This document shows, piece after piece, positions 37,633 through 49,100 of a DNA stretch of 64,000 bases. How positions within the stretch are numbered: position 1 is the first letter of the stretch; the number at the start of each line of letters is the position of its first letter. The stretch is from Bacteroidota bacterium. GTDB lineage: Bacteria > Bacteroidota > Bacteroidia > UBA4408. The stretch covers positions 256,787 to 320,786 of the forward strand of contig JAZKHE010000004.1 of NCBI GenBank assembly GCA_040385525.1, written 5' to 3'. The notes beneath the pieces were generated by a model. The model worked only from the letters and a program-made list of their open reading frames with translations, was not told where the DNA came from and ran no database searches. The translations under genes and the position numbers were made by a program.

Positions 37633-40005
37633 ATGAAAAAACAAATTAAAAGCTTAGCAATCGTTTTGCTACTGCCCTTTGCTAGTTTTGCGCAATACAA
37701 AATTAGCGGGAAAATTACCGACGCACAATCGCAAGAGCCTTTGCTAGGTGCAGTTGTACAAGTACAACAATCTTACAAAAACACAATTTCGGGTAGCGAT
37801 GGTAGTTTTAGTTTAACACAAATTAAATCTGGAAAAATTGTTTTAATCACCAATTTTATTGGCTACCTAAACGACACAACTCCGCTAGAAATTACTGCTG
37901 ATAAAGAAATTACAATTCAACTAAAACGCAATGTAATTTATACCGACGAAGTTATTATTTCGTCAACACGCGCCAACGAAAAATCGGGAGCAACTTTTAA
38001 CATCATTAGCAAACAAGATATTGAAAAACAAAATTTAGGCGTAGATATGCCTTATTTGCTTAACTACACGCCATCGGTTGTGGTTAACTCCGATGCGGGT
38101 GCTGGCGTTGGTTACACAGGTATTCGTGTGCGTGGTAGCGACGGAACTCGTATAAACACAACTATTAACGGAATTCCTGTAAACGATGCAGAATCGCACG
38201 GAACATTTTGGGTTAATCTACCCGATTTAGCAAGTTCGGTAAACAGTATTCAGTTGCAGCGAGGTGTGGGCACATCTAGCAATGGTGCGGGTGCTTTTGG
38301 TGGTAGTTTAAATATTGAAACCAATCCATTAAAAAAAGAAGCAAATGCCGAAGTAAATACTTCGTATGGTTCGTTTAACACTTTTAAACGCAACATTAAA
38401 GTTGGCTCCGGGCTTATTGATAACAAATGGACTGTTGATGGAAGATTGTCGCAGATAACCTCTGATGGCTATATTGACAGAGCAAGTTCAAATTTAAAAT
38501 CATATTACATAAGCACAGCGCGTTATGGAGAGAAAAATATATTTAAACTAACGCACTTTTCAGGAAGCGAAAAAACGTTTCAAGCTTGGGCAGGTGTTCC
38601 GCAAGATACTTTAAAAACAAATCGTACTTACAATCCATACACCTACAACGACGAAACCGATAATTACAAACAAGATTATTATCAAGCACATTTTTCGCAA
38701 GAAATAAATGCAAACTGGAGTTTTAACACTGCGCTATTTTTAACTAAAGGAAAAGGTTTTTACGAGCAATTTCGACAAGATGATGATTTAGCCAACTACA
38801 ACATTAATGCAATTACAGCCAACAACGATACTATTTTAACCAGCGATTTAATTCGTAGAAGATGGTTAGATAATAATTATTACGGCGGAATTTATTCTAT
38901 AAATTACAACTCGTTAAACAAGTTACAAGTTACACTTGGCGGAGGTTTTAACCAATATGACGGCAAACATTTTGGCGAAGTAATTTGGGCGCGTTATGCG
39001 GGCGATAGTTTTATTCGTCAACGTTATTACGAAAACAAAGCATTAAAAAATGATTTGAATACTTATTTAAAAGTTCAATACGACATTACCAATAAATTGT
39101 ATGCCTTTGTTGATGTGCAAAGTAGAAATGTTCAGTATTCGTTTTTAGGTTTTGATAATCAGTTAAACAATGTTACACAAAATGTAACCATGAATTTTAT
39201 TAATCCTAAACTAGGTTTAACTTTTGATGTAAATAATAATAATCAAGTATATGCTTCATTTAGTGTTGCAAACAGGGAGCCTAACCGCGACGATTTTACA
39301 CAAAGTACACCTACAAGCCGACCAAAACCAGAAAACTTAAAAAATTTAGAAGCGGGTTGGAAATTTAAACGCGATAAATTTTATATGGTTAGCAATTATT
39401 ATTTAATGCTTTACACAAACGAATTGGTGCTTACTGGCGCAATAAACGATGTGGGTGCTTATGTTAGAACTAATATTGATAAAAGCTACCGCTCAGGTTT
39501 TGAGTTGCAAGCAGGCTACAAACCAACTGCAAAAATTGAGTTAAAAGGAAATGTAACATTGAGCCAAAATAAAGTAATTACTTACAACGAATATTTAGAC
39601 GATTACGATAATGGCGGACAAGTAGTAAATACTTACAAAAACACCAACTTAGCGTTTTCGCCCAATATTATTAGCGGAACAGAGTTAAACTTTAATTTAT
39701 TTAAAAACTTTTATGCAGCCTATTTAATAAAATATGTAGGCAAACAATACATGGATAATACATCAAACGAAAACAGAACACTTAACGCCTATATGCTAAA
39801 CGATATACGTTTAAACTACAGTGTAAAAACCAAATGGATTCGTCAGATAGATTTTACATTTATGGCAAACAATATTTTAAATAAATTATACGAAGCAAAT
39901 GGTTATACGTATAGTTACATTTATGGTGGACAAACAGTAACCGAAAACTTTTATTATCCGCAAGCTGGCTTTAATTGGCTTGGCGGTGTAAGTTTTAAAT
40001 TTTAA
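37633..40005 (+). CDS. TonB-dependent outer-membrane receptor with N-terminal carboxypeptidase-regulatory-like domain; candidate thiamine/TPP-precursor transporter
   Basis: 790 aa. Signal peptide ASFAQ. A CarbopepD_reg-like N-domain and the TonB-box/plug region (DEVIISSTRANEK) are present. The 22-strand barrel ends with the terminal ...VSFKF aromatic. A TPP riboswitch precedes it. Confidence 0.9.
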   Translation: MKKQIKSLAIVLLLPFASFAQYKISGKITDAQSQEPLLGAVVQVQQSYKNTISGSDGSFSLTQIKSGKIVLITNFIGYLNDTTPLEITADKEITIQLKRNVIYTDEVIISSTRANEKSGATFNIISKQDIEKQNLGVDMPYLLNYTPSVVVNSDAGAGVGYTGIRVRGSDGTRINTTINGIPVNDAESHGTFWVNLPDLASSVNSIQLQRGVGTSSNGAGAFGGSLNIETNPLKKEANAEVNTSYGSFNTFKRNIKVGSGLIDNKWTVDGRLSQITSDGYIDRASSNLKSYYISTARYGEKNIFKLTHFSGSEKTFQAWAGVPQDTLKTNRTYNPYTYNDETDNYKQDYYQAHFSQEINANWSFNTALFLTKGKGFYEQFRQDDDLANYNINAITANNDTILTSDLIRRRWLDNNYYGGIYSINYNSLNKLQVTLGGGFNQYDGKHFGEVIWARYAGDSFIRQRYYENKALKNDLNTYLKVQYDITNKLYAFVDVQSRNVQYSFLGFDNQLNNVTQNVTMNFINPKLGLTFDVNNNNQVYASFSVANREPNRDDFTQSTPTSRPKPENLKNLEAGWKFKRDKFYMVSNYYLMLYTNELVLTGAINDVGAYVRTNIDKSYRSGFELQAGYKPTAKIELKGNVTLSQNKVITYNEYLDDYDNGGQVVNTYKNTNLAFSPNIISGTELNFNLFKNFYAAYLIKYVGKQYMDNTSNENRTLNAYMLNDIRLNYSVKTKWIRQIDFTFMANNILNKLYEANGYTYSYIYGGQTVTENFYYPQAGFNWLGGVSFKF

Positions 40006-40117
40006 TATATTATACCATTAGAAAAAAACTATTGAAGCTATGCTTCAATACTATTGTGTAGCTCTAGTTAGTGCTGTATATTTTTTTCTATGTTTCTATG
40101 TGGTAAAAAAACCTCCA

Positions 40118-40150
40118 AAAGTCTCAATATTATTGAGACTTTTTTTTTAT
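40118..40150 (+). terminator. Rho-independent terminator downstream of the TonB-dependent receptor
   Basis: AAGTCTCAATA-tta-TTGAGACTT followed by T9. Confidence 0.65.
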
Positions 40151-40194
40151 TCCAATAAATTTTATATATTTATTACAAATTAAAAAAAAATCAC

Positions 40195-40893
40195 ATGAAA
40201 AAATCAGCACTATTATTATTTGGTTTAGTTATGGCATTTGCCAAAACAAACGCTCAGACAATAAATTCGGATAAAGCTTACATTGAAGTAACCGGTATTG
40301 CAGAAAAAGAAATTGTGCCTGATGAAATTTTTATTGCCATCACTTTAAAAGAAAAATACGTTAATAAAGAAAAAATGAGCATTGAAGCACAAGAAGAAAA
40401 ATTAAAAAGTGCTTTAAAAGAATTGAATATCGACTTAAACAATTTGTATTTAAGCGATGCCAATGCAGATTATATTAAAGTGAAATTTAACACAAAAGAT
40501 GTAATTACAAAAAAAGAATATACACTTAAAGTTACTACTGCTAAAGAAGTTGGCAGCGTATATCAACAATTAGAAAAAATAGAAATTAACGATGCTTACA
40601 TCGCTAAAGTAAATCATTCTAAAATAGAATTATTTAAAAAAGAAACTCGTATTGATGCAATAAAAGCTGCAAAAGACAAAGCCAATTACTTATTAATGGC
40701 TATTGATGCGCAATTGGGTAAACCACTAGCTATTAAAGAAGAAAATTTACCTAACAGAGGTTTGCAACAATACCAAGCCAATTATGCAAGTAATGTTCGT
40801 AGCTCTCGCTCAGAAGATTTTAATGATGGCGAAATTCAGTTTGATAAAATAAAAATACAATCATCCGTTTACGCTAAGTTTGAAATAAAATAA
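40195..40893 (+). CDS. SIMPL (DUF541) domain periplasmic/secreted protein
   Basis: 232 aa. Signal peptide AKTNAQ. AYIEVTGIAEKEIVPDEIFIAITL matches the SIMPL N-terminal pattern. Confidence 0.55.
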   Translation: MKKSALLLFGLVMAFAKTNAQTINSDKAYIEVTGIAEKEIVPDEIFIAITLKEKYVNKEKMSIEAQEEKLKSALKELNIDLNNLYLSDANADYIKVKFNTKDVITKKEYTLKVTTAKEVGSVYQQLEKIEINDAYIAKVNHSKIELFKKETRIDAIKAAKDKANYLLMAIDAQLGKPLAIKEENLPNRGLQQYQANYASNVRSSRSEDFNDGEIQFDKIKIQSSVYAKFEIK

Positions 40894-40899
40894 TTTTTT

Positions 40900-42309
40900 A
40901 TGCGCATTCGTTTTAATAGTTCACTACTTGTTTTAACACTTGGTATGCTTGCTTTTTGTGCATGTGGTAACCGCGCACAAAATGATATTGATTATAAAAA
41001 ACTAGCTAAAGAAAAAAAAAGAGACGAAGCAAAAGAAAAAATTAATGCAGAATTGTGTGCGCTTATCACCTCTAAAGAATTTGTATTTAGCGAAGAAATA
41101 AAAAACACTGTAGATAGCTTATTGCACGTTGGTGCTAATATTAATTGCGATTGCGAAATTACCAACAGTTACATTAGTAAGGCAATTGGAAGTGGTTATT
41201 ACTTTAGAAAATTTTTTAATCGTCCGCAAAAAACTACTGTAGAAGTAATTCGTAATCCATTACCCCACTTTGCCTATTACACCAAAGACAAAAATTTAAT
41301 CGATTTTATTAAACTATTTAAAGCCGATTTTAATATAAAAAATGAAGAAGGAGAAACACTTTTAGATGAAGCCATTAAACAAGAAGACACAAAATCTATT
41401 ACAGAATTAATTGATTTAGGTTGCAAAATAAAAGACATAAAAAGTATAAAAACTGACAACATAAAAATCATTGACTTTGTAATAGGTAAAGGCGCTACAG
41501 CCCAAATGATAGATTACAATTATTTACTAAAAAACACTGATTTGTTAGACGAAGGCAAAACTGCACAAGTTATTCGTAAATACAATCCATCGCTAAAAAA
41601 CAAAGAAATAAATTTGAATGACATGTTTTTTTGGGACGAAGAAATTGTTTTAGAATTAGTAAAACATGGCATGGATGTAAATACCAATTATAATGACATG
41701 AGTATTTTAGCAAAAGCTATTTCTGAAAGAAATCCTCAGTTAATTGACTATATTTTAGCTAACGGATTTAAACCAAAACTAGACGAAGAAAACCGCTACA
41801 CCGCTTTGTTTGCAGCGGTAGAAAATGGCGATAAAAAAACAATAGAAAAACTAATTAGCCTGGGTTGCAACGTAAAACAAACTACAAAAAATGGAAATGT
41901 AATACACATGTGCGCACTCAACAAAAAAAATGGTGTAGAACTAGCCGAAATTTTTTATGCTCAAAAAGTTCCTATTGATTATTGTGCGAGCAACGGAACT
42001 CCTTTAGCGAATGCGGTAGAAGAAGAAAATATTAAATTTATTGAATGGTTATTTCAAAAAAAATTATCTCCAAATATTGATTGTGGCGTTAGTTCAGAAA
42101 ACCCCGTTTTTAATGCTATTTTAACAAAAGACGAAACGCTGATTAAACTTTTAATTAAAAATGGTTTAGACTTAACTATTAAAAACGACAGAGGCGAAAC
42201 GCCTTACGAATGCGCCATTGGTTATATGGAATTTAACATGAAGTCAAAATCAAGAAACGAATGGGCAATGCAATACAAACGAATTGCAGAATTATTAAAA
42301 ACAAAGTAA
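40900..42309 (+). CDS. Ankyrin-repeat lipoprotein
   Basis: Lipobox LAFCAC. Multiple ankyrin-like repeats are present (TALFAAVENGDKKTIEKLISLGCNV, GNVIHMCALNKKNGVELAE, GTPLANAVEEENIKFIEWL, RGETPYECAIG). Confidence 0.65.
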   Translation: MRIRFNSSLLVLTLGMLAFCACGNRAQNDIDYKKLAKEKKRDEAKEKINAELCALITSKEFVFSEEIKNTVDSLLHVGANINCDCEITNSYISKAIGSGYYFRKFFNRPQKTTVEVIRNPLPHFAYYTKDKNLIDFIKLFKADFNIKNEEGETLLDEAIKQEDTKSITELIDLGCKIKDIKSIKTDNIKIIDFVIGKGATAQMIDYNYLLKNTDLLDEGKTAQVIRKYNPSLKNKEINLNDMFFWDEEIVLELVKHGMDVNTNYNDMSILAKAISERNPQLIDYILANGFKPKLDEENRYTALFAAVENGDKKTIEKLISLGCNVKQTTKNGNVIHMCALNKKNGVELAEIFYAQKVPIDYCASNGTPLANAVEEENIKFIEWLFQKKLSPNIDCGVSSENPVFNAILTKDETLIKLLIKNGLDLTIKNDRGETPYECAIGYMEFNMKSKSRNEWAMQYKRIAELLKTK

Positions 42310-43545
42310 TTATTGTTTTGTAATTTCTACTCCCAAACGACTTAAGTGCATCCAAAAATTTGGATATGATTTTGAAACCACTTCAGGATTTTCAATAACA
42401 ATTTTTTTATAATGAATTACCAAAGGCGCTAAACACATTGCCATTCGGTGATCTTGATAAGTTGAAAAAGATAAATCTTTACTAAATCTTTCATTATTGA
42501 ACTCAATTTTAAACGAAGTTATATCTATTTCAATAATATTCACACCAATTTTTTCCAATTCAATTTTTAAAGCTTCTACCCTATTTGTTTCTTTAACTCT
42601 AAGCGTAGAAACGCCATTTAAAATAACTGGCAAATTTAAAACAGATGCTGTAGCAGCAACAGTTTGTGCTAAATCAGGCGAGTCAGAAAAATCAAAAATT
42701 AACTGGTCAACTGGTAAATAATTTTTAAAAATAGTTACTCCATCAGAATTAAATTCGGTGGTTACTCCAAAAAAAGTAAATATATCTTTTAGTACAACAT
42801 CGCCTTGCAAACTATTTTCAAAAAGTCCAGGTAATTTTATTTTTGCTTTTTTACTCAAGGCTACGAACTCATACCAGTAGGATGCAGAAGTCCAATCGCG
42901 TTCTGCTTTTACAGGCATAACACTTTTGTATGTCCCAGCTTTTACAACTACTTTATCTTCAAACAAATCTAAATCAACTCCTAATCGTTTCATTATAGAA
43001 GCAGTTAAAACTAAATACGAAAACGATACGGGTTTATTTTTAAATTCAATTTGCAAACCATTTTCTAAGTATGGTGCAATAAGCATTAATGCAGAAACAA
43101 ACTGGCTACTAATTCCAGCTTCTACTTGTAATGATTTTCCTTGTAATTTTTTTCCCGTAATTTTTAATGGAGCAAAATTTTCTTTTTCTAAATATTCTAT
43201 ATCTGCTCCTAAATCTTTTAATGCGTTTACTAATGGAGCAATTGGTCTTTCTTTTAATCGGTTACTACCCGTAATAATTCTTGTGCCAGGCGTAATAGCA
43301 AACAATGCCGTTAAAAACCGAAACGCTGTCCCAGCGTGATGCACATCAAAAGTAGTTACTTCGTCAATTTCGTTTAAACATTTTTTTAACACTTGCGAAT
43401 CGTCAGAATCAGAAATTTCATCAATTAAAAATTGATAACCAGAAAGGTATTGCGCAACCAATAAACGATTGCATTCGCTTTTTGAAACAGGCAACAAAAT
43501 AGTTTCTACAACTTCTTGTTCGCTATATTCGAGTATATAATTCAT
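42310..43545 (-). CDS. aroA: 3-phosphoshikimate 1-carboxyvinyltransferase (EPSP synthase)
   Basis: 411 aa. LPVSKSECNRLL is at the N-terminus. The EPSPS signature region VHHAGTAFRFLTALFA is present. It is co-oriented with aroB upstream. Confidence 0.8.
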   Translation of the reverse strand: MNYILEYSEQEVVETILLPVSKSECNRLLVAQYLSGYQFLIDEISDSDDSQVLKKCLNEIDEVTTFDVHHAGTAFRFLTALFAITPGTRIITGSNRLKERPIAPLVNALKDLGADIEYLEKENFAPLKITGKKLQGKSLQVEAGISSQFVSALMLIAPYLENGLQIEFKNKPVSFSYLVLTASIMKRLGVDLDLFEDKVVVKAGTYKSVMPVKAERDWTSASYWYEFVALSKKAKIKLPGLFENSLQGDVVLKDIFTFFGVTTEFNSDGVTIFKNYLPVDQLIFDFSDSPDLAQTVAATASVLNLPVILNGVSTLRVKETNRVEALKIELEKIGVNIIEIDITSFKIEFNNERFSKDLSFSTYQDHRMAMCLAPLVIHYKKIVIENPEVVSKSYPNFWMHLSRLGVEITKQ

Positions 43546-43547
43546 AA

Positions 43548-44621
43548 TTAAGCAAGCAAATAATTTTGTAACGCTTCGTGTATTTCTTCCTTAGTACATT
43601 CCACTTTTTCATTACAAGAACCAATAGCGGAGATGAGCGCTAAATTTATAGATGAAGAATTGTTTTTTTTATCGTGAAGCATAAAATTAATTATCGTTGA
43701 AATATCACTTAATTTGTAGTTAAGAGCATTGTAGTATTTGCGCAATTCTTTTTTAATTGTTTCAGCCTCTTTTTTGCCCAAAATTCCTTTTTTAACAGCA
43801 ATTGTGTTTTCAATTAGTATGCCTTCTATTACTGCTTCGCCGTGCAATACACTTTTACCATTCTGCAGAAAAAAGGCTTCTAAAGCATGACCAACTGTGT
43901 GCCCATAATTAAGCGTTTTTCTTAATCCTGTTTCGTTTAAATCTTGCTTAACAATTAAAGATTTTATAGCAACCGATGTGTCTACAATATTCGCTAACTC
44001 TTCAGTACTTAGTTTTTCAATATTGCATTTTACAAGTATATTCCAATAAGCAGAATCAGCAATAAGTGCATGTTTAAACACTTCTGCCATGCCATTCATA
44101 AATTCTCGTTTCGATAACGTTTTTAAAAAATCAGGAAAAACGCAAACCAACTGAGGCAAGTTAATTGTTCCAACTACATTTTTTATTCCGTTTAAATCTA
44201 TTCCATTTTTGCCGCCAATACTTGCATCAACCATTGCTAATAAAGTGGTAGGAATATTTACAAAATCAATTCCTCTTTTGTAAGTAGAAGCTATAAAACC
44301 ACCCATATCGCTAACAACACCACCTCCCAAATTAATTAGCAATGCATTTCTGTCGCAATTTAAATCGCTTAGCGATATCCATAACTGCTCTGAAATAGAA
44401 AGTATTTTATTTTCCTCGCCAATAGGCATTTCAAGAATTTCAAAATGTTTTAAATTACTTAGTTCATTTAAAAAAACAGGCAAACAATGTTGATGTGTAT
44501 TTTCATCTACCAAAATAAAAATTTTACTGTAGTTTTTTTTCAATAACCAAGCGTCGAACCGAGCTAAACTAGTAGGTCCAGAATAAATACTGCTTTTGGA
44601 ATTCAACTTAATATTCAACAT
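43548..44621 (-). CDS. aroB: 3-dehydroquinate synthase
   Basis: 357 aa. The NAD-binding and metal-binding regions GGGVVSDMGGFIA and AMVDASIGGKNGIDL are present. Confidence 0.9.
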   Translation of the reverse strand: MLNIKLNSKSSIYSGPTSLARFDAWLLKKNYSKIFILVDENTHQHCLPVFLNELSNLKHFEILEMPIGEENKILSISEQLWISLSDLNCDRNALLINLGGGVVSDMGGFIASTYKRGIDFVNIPTTLLAMVDASIGGKNGIDLNGIKNVVGTINLPQLVCVFPDFLKTLSKREFMNGMAEVFKHALIADSAYWNILVKCNIEKLSTEELANIVDTSVAIKSLIVKQDLNETGLRKTLNYGHTVGHALEAFFLQNGKSVLHGEAVIEGILIENTIAVKKGILGKKEAETIKKELRKYYNALNYKLSDISTIINFMLHDKKNNSSSINLALISAIGSCNEKVECTKEEIHEALQNYLLA

Positions 44622-44744
44622 CTTTTTGGGCTGCGCAACTTAAGCGCAACTATTTTTTAATAATTTTTATGCAATTTGGCTAAATAAACAAAATCATTAG
44701 CATATTTGTATATTAATTAGTTAACACGTAACTGTTATTAAGCC

Positions 44745-45917
44745 ATGTCTTTATCATTCGACAATACCCAAATAGCTTTTGAAAGCAAAACCAACAAAGA
44801 TTTAAATCGTTCATATTGGTTGTTTAAAATGGTTGGAAATCCTTCGTTAGTAATTGTTGGCGAAAAACTAACGCACTTTGCTTTAGCTACACATTTACCA
44901 ATAAATGGTATGATTAAAGCCACCATTTTTAAACAATTTTGCGGTGGCGAAAACATTAGCGAATGCGAAACTGCCATTAACCAGTTGGCAAAATATAAAA
45001 TAGGAACCATTTTAGATTATTCTGTTGAAGGAAAAGAAAGCGAAACCGACTTTGACGCAACAATGAACGAAACAATTGCAACTGTTTTAAAAGCAAAAGG
45101 AAACAAAGCAATTCCGTTTAGTGTTTTTAAAGTTACAGGCTTGGCACGATTTGCTTTGTTAGAAAAAGTAAACGCTAAACAAACACTTACTGATGCAGAA
45201 CAACAAGAGTTTACTCGAATTAAAAACAGAGTAGAAAAAATTTGCCGTACAGCTTTTGAAAACGATGTGCGTATTTTTATTGATGCCGAAGAAAGTTGGA
45301 TACAAGATGCAATTGATGATTTAGCAAACGATATGATGCGTTTGTTTAATAAAAACAAAGCAATAGTTTACAACACCTATCAGCTGTATCGCCACGATAG
45401 ATTAGCTTATTTAAAGCACTCAGTTGAAAATGCAATTGCCAATAATTTTTATTTAGGTGCTAAATTGGTTCGTGGCGCATATATGGAAAAAGAAAGAGCT
45501 AGAGCCGTAGAAAAAAATTATCCATCGCCCATTCAATCCGATAAACAAGCTACCGATAGAGATTATGATTTAGCTTGCGAATACTGTATTGAAAACAATA
45601 CACGTGTTGCTTTTTGCGCAGGTACACACAACGAACTTAGCTCAAAAAAATTAGCCGATTTAATGCTGCAAAAAAACGTATCGAAAGATAATGAAAACGT
45701 TTTCTTTTCGCAATTATTAGGCATGAGCGACCACATCAGCTACAACTTATCTAAAGCGGGCTACAACGTGGCAAAATATGTTCCATACGGACCAGTAAAA
45801 GAAGTTTTACCATACTTAATTCGCAGAGCAAAAGAAAACACGTCTGTAAAAGGTCAAACTGGCCGAGAGCTTGGCTTAATAATGAAAGAAAAAGCAAGAA
45901 GAGAAGCGGAGAAATAG
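44745..45917 (+). CDS. Proline dehydrogenase (PRODH family, monofunctional)
   Basis: 390 aa with Pro_dh domain motifs throughout and a C-terminal LPYLIRRAKENTSV. Confidence 0.8.
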   Translation: MSLSFDNTQIAFESKTNKDLNRSYWLFKMVGNPSLVIVGEKLTHFALATHLPINGMIKATIFKQFCGGENISECETAINQLAKYKIGTILDYSVEGKESETDFDATMNETIATVLKAKGNKAIPFSVFKVTGLARFALLEKVNAKQTLTDAEQQEFTRIKNRVEKICRTAFENDVRIFIDAEESWIQDAIDDLANDMMRLFNKNKAIVYNTYQLYRHDRLAYLKHSVENAIANNFYLGAKLVRGAYMEKERARAVEKNYPSPIQSDKQATDRDYDLACEYCIENNTRVAFCAGTHNELSSKKLADLMLQKNVSKDNENVFFSQLLGMSDHISYNLSKAGYNVAKYVPYGPVKEVLPYLIRRAKENTSVKGQTGRELGLIMKEKARREAEK

Positions 45918-46168
45918 TTATGAGTTTTGAATTATGAGTTATGAGTTTGGGATTTAGGAAATTGGCGGATTATTGAGTTTGTTCAATTACTGTTTGAAGT
46001 TTAAATTTTTAACACAAAATTTAAGCTTGATTAAGTTAACAATCATTATAGATTTTAAGCAAATACAAAAATTAAAATTCTCTTTTATTTAATTCTTCTC
46101 ATTAGAATAGTAATCGTTTAATTATTTTTATATATTTATCTATTAATTTCAGTTAAGATTTTTGATAA

Positions 46169-49100
46169 ATGAAAAATATTTACCTTCTTTTAGCATTGTT
46201 TTTTTTCATAGGTTTTAAAAGTTATGCGCAACCAGGTGGAGCTACTTGTGCAGCGGCTTTAGCAAATAGAGTGGTTTTGCCATTTAGCCAATCTGGTTTA
46301 AGTAATTGTGGCGCAAATAATATAAGCAGCACTAATGTTACTACTTGTAATGCTTCGTGGGATTATCAATATTTGAATGGCGACGATAGAATGTATGTTT
46401 TTATTGTTCCCAACTACGTTTCAACTATTAGTATAGATTTTACCTCAAGCTCTCAAAATGTTGGTTTATTTTTGTATCAAGGTTGTCCAAACACCGCAAC
46501 AGCTTGCACTATGGCAAGCACTGGAGCTAGTGGTAATCGTTCCTTGGTTTCAAGCGTAGTACCAGGGCAAACGTATTATTTAATTGTAAGTTCAAATCCA
46601 AATGCCACTAGTCCAACGTATCAATGTCATTCTAATTATACCTTAAGTATAACACCAGTAGTTAATGTTACTCCCACTTCGCAAGACTGTTTAGGAGCAA
46701 TAAACCTTTGTCAATCAATGGGATACTATAGCTTTCCAAGCCCAATGGGAGGAAGTACGGGTAGTTTTCCAGCGGAACTTAATACTGGTTCAACATGTTT
46801 ACTTAGTTCTGAGGTAAATAGTACCTGGTTTAAATATGTTGCTCAAGCAAATACTGAGTTTAGTTTTACTATAACTCCTGATGTTCCTCAAGATTATGAT
46901 TATGTAGTAATTGATATTACTAATTCTTCTTGTTACGATATTTATAATAGTACGTCTCAGTTAGTAGATTGTAATTATAGTGCATCTAATGGTGCAATTG
47001 GCGCAAATGGTATGTTGGGATTTCATCCTCCTGTGAGTGTTATAGCTAATCATACTTATATGATTTGTGCAAACAATTATTCTGATACACCTAGTCAAGT
47101 AAATTTTGATTGGTCAACAGCTATTCCTTTTGGCTCAAGCCCTACAATTACTTCGGTTGTAACACCAACTCAATGTAGTGTAAACTCTATTGATGTTAAT
47201 TTTTCAAAGGCAGTTAGATGTAATTCATTTGATTATACCAAGTTTGTAGTAACTGATGGAACCAGTACATACACCATTGACACATCGCCAGGATTAAATA
47301 GTTGTGTGCCTGCTGATTTGGCAATTACTAGCAAAACATTAACTTTTAATACTCCTTTAACTCTTGCTTCTACCTACACATTGTATACCTATCAAAATGC
47401 TTTTATTGATGTTTGCGGAACACCAAACTTTTCAACGAGTGTTTTAACTTTTACTGTTTCTGGTGTAGCAGATCCTATTCTAACTTCAATAAATTCACCT
47501 ATTCAATGTGGAGAAAATTCAATTGTAGTTAATTTTGCGAAACCAATTGTTTGTGATCAAATCGATTTAAGTAAATTTTTGTTATCAGATGGAACAAGCA
47601 CATACACAATTAATACATCTGCCGGTTTAAATGCTTGCATGCCAAGTGATTTATTAGTTACAAGCAAAACATTAACTTTCTTTAGTCCTTTAACTGATGG
47701 TATCTATACATTATACGCTTATCCAAATGCTTTTTTTGATTTTTGTGGCAACACAAACCTTTCAACAAATATTTTAACATTTAGTATTTCAAGTGGAGCA
47801 GTACCAGCAGTTACTTCAATAAACACTCCTATTCAATGTGGCGCAAATTCTTTTGGTATTAATTTTGTAAAACCTATTGTTTGCGATGAAATAGATTTAA
47901 GTAAATTTTTATTATCAGACGGAACAAGTACATATACAATAAATACATCTGGCGCTTTAAATAGTTGCACACCAAGTAATTTAGCTATTACAAGTAAAAC
48001 AATAACCTTTAATACAAATTTAACTAGTTTGGTAACTTATACTTTACAAGTTTTTCCAGGTGCAATTAAAGATGAATGCGGAAATGGAAATTCAACAACA
48101 AACATTTTAACATTTACTCTAAATCCATATATTTTTATTGTTAACGGCAATACCAATATTTATAATGGTTTCAGTACTTCATTAACTGCAACTGGACCTG
48201 GCACTTTTACATGGAATAACGGTTATGTAGGCAATACACAAAATTATTCGCCAGCACAAACTACAACAGTAAGTGTTACAGGTATTAATACGGGAGGTTG
48301 TTCCTATTCCGTTCAAAAAACTATATCGATTATTCAAAATTCTGCTGGCAACTCTGCATGTAATACAGCTGAAAATAACCAAGTTACGTTGCCATATTTT
48401 GAAACTAATTTAAACAATTGTGGCTCCAATGTTTTTAGTGCTACAAATACGTTTGCCTGTGGTAATGCCGATTATTTGGGTGGCGATGATAGACTTCATG
48501 TATTTACGTCATCAATAAGTGGTTTTGTTATTTGTTCGCTTACAACTGTTTCTACAACAACTAATATAGGTTTAATGCTTTATGAAGATTGTCCTACCAA
48601 CGGAAATTGTGTTGCAAATAGTTATGGAAACGGAGGAACAAGATTTTTACAAGGAGAAGTAACAGCTGGACAAACTTATTTTTTATTGGTAAGTACCAAG
48701 CCAACACCAAATTGTATTACAAGTTATACACTATCAATTTCTGAGCCAGGCGCACCATTACTGGGAACACCTAAGGTAGATTGTATAGCTGCTACTCCTG
48801 TTTGTTCTAATTATTATTATGAAAATATTGCCCCTACTAACGAAGGTTTACCTCCATTTAATAATGAAATTAATCCGAATTTTAGTTGTCTTAATACAGG
48901 TGAAAGAAAAGGAGTTTGGTATTCAATAAATACAACAAGCCCTGGTAGTTTTACATTTGAAATAGATCCTAGTAATAATTCTGATGATTATGATTGGGCT
49001 TTGTTTGATATCACAAATTATTCTTGCTCGGATATATTTAATAATTCTTCTTTAGAAATAAGCTGTAATTATAGTGGAGCTTCAGGAAATACAGGTATTT

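Noticed and set aside
44622-44744. Divergent region between aroB and proline dehydrogenase, checked for T-box or attenuator
   Set aside because: Only a weak CATATTTG near-match to the -7 box was seen. There was no terminator/antiterminator pairing or leader peptide.
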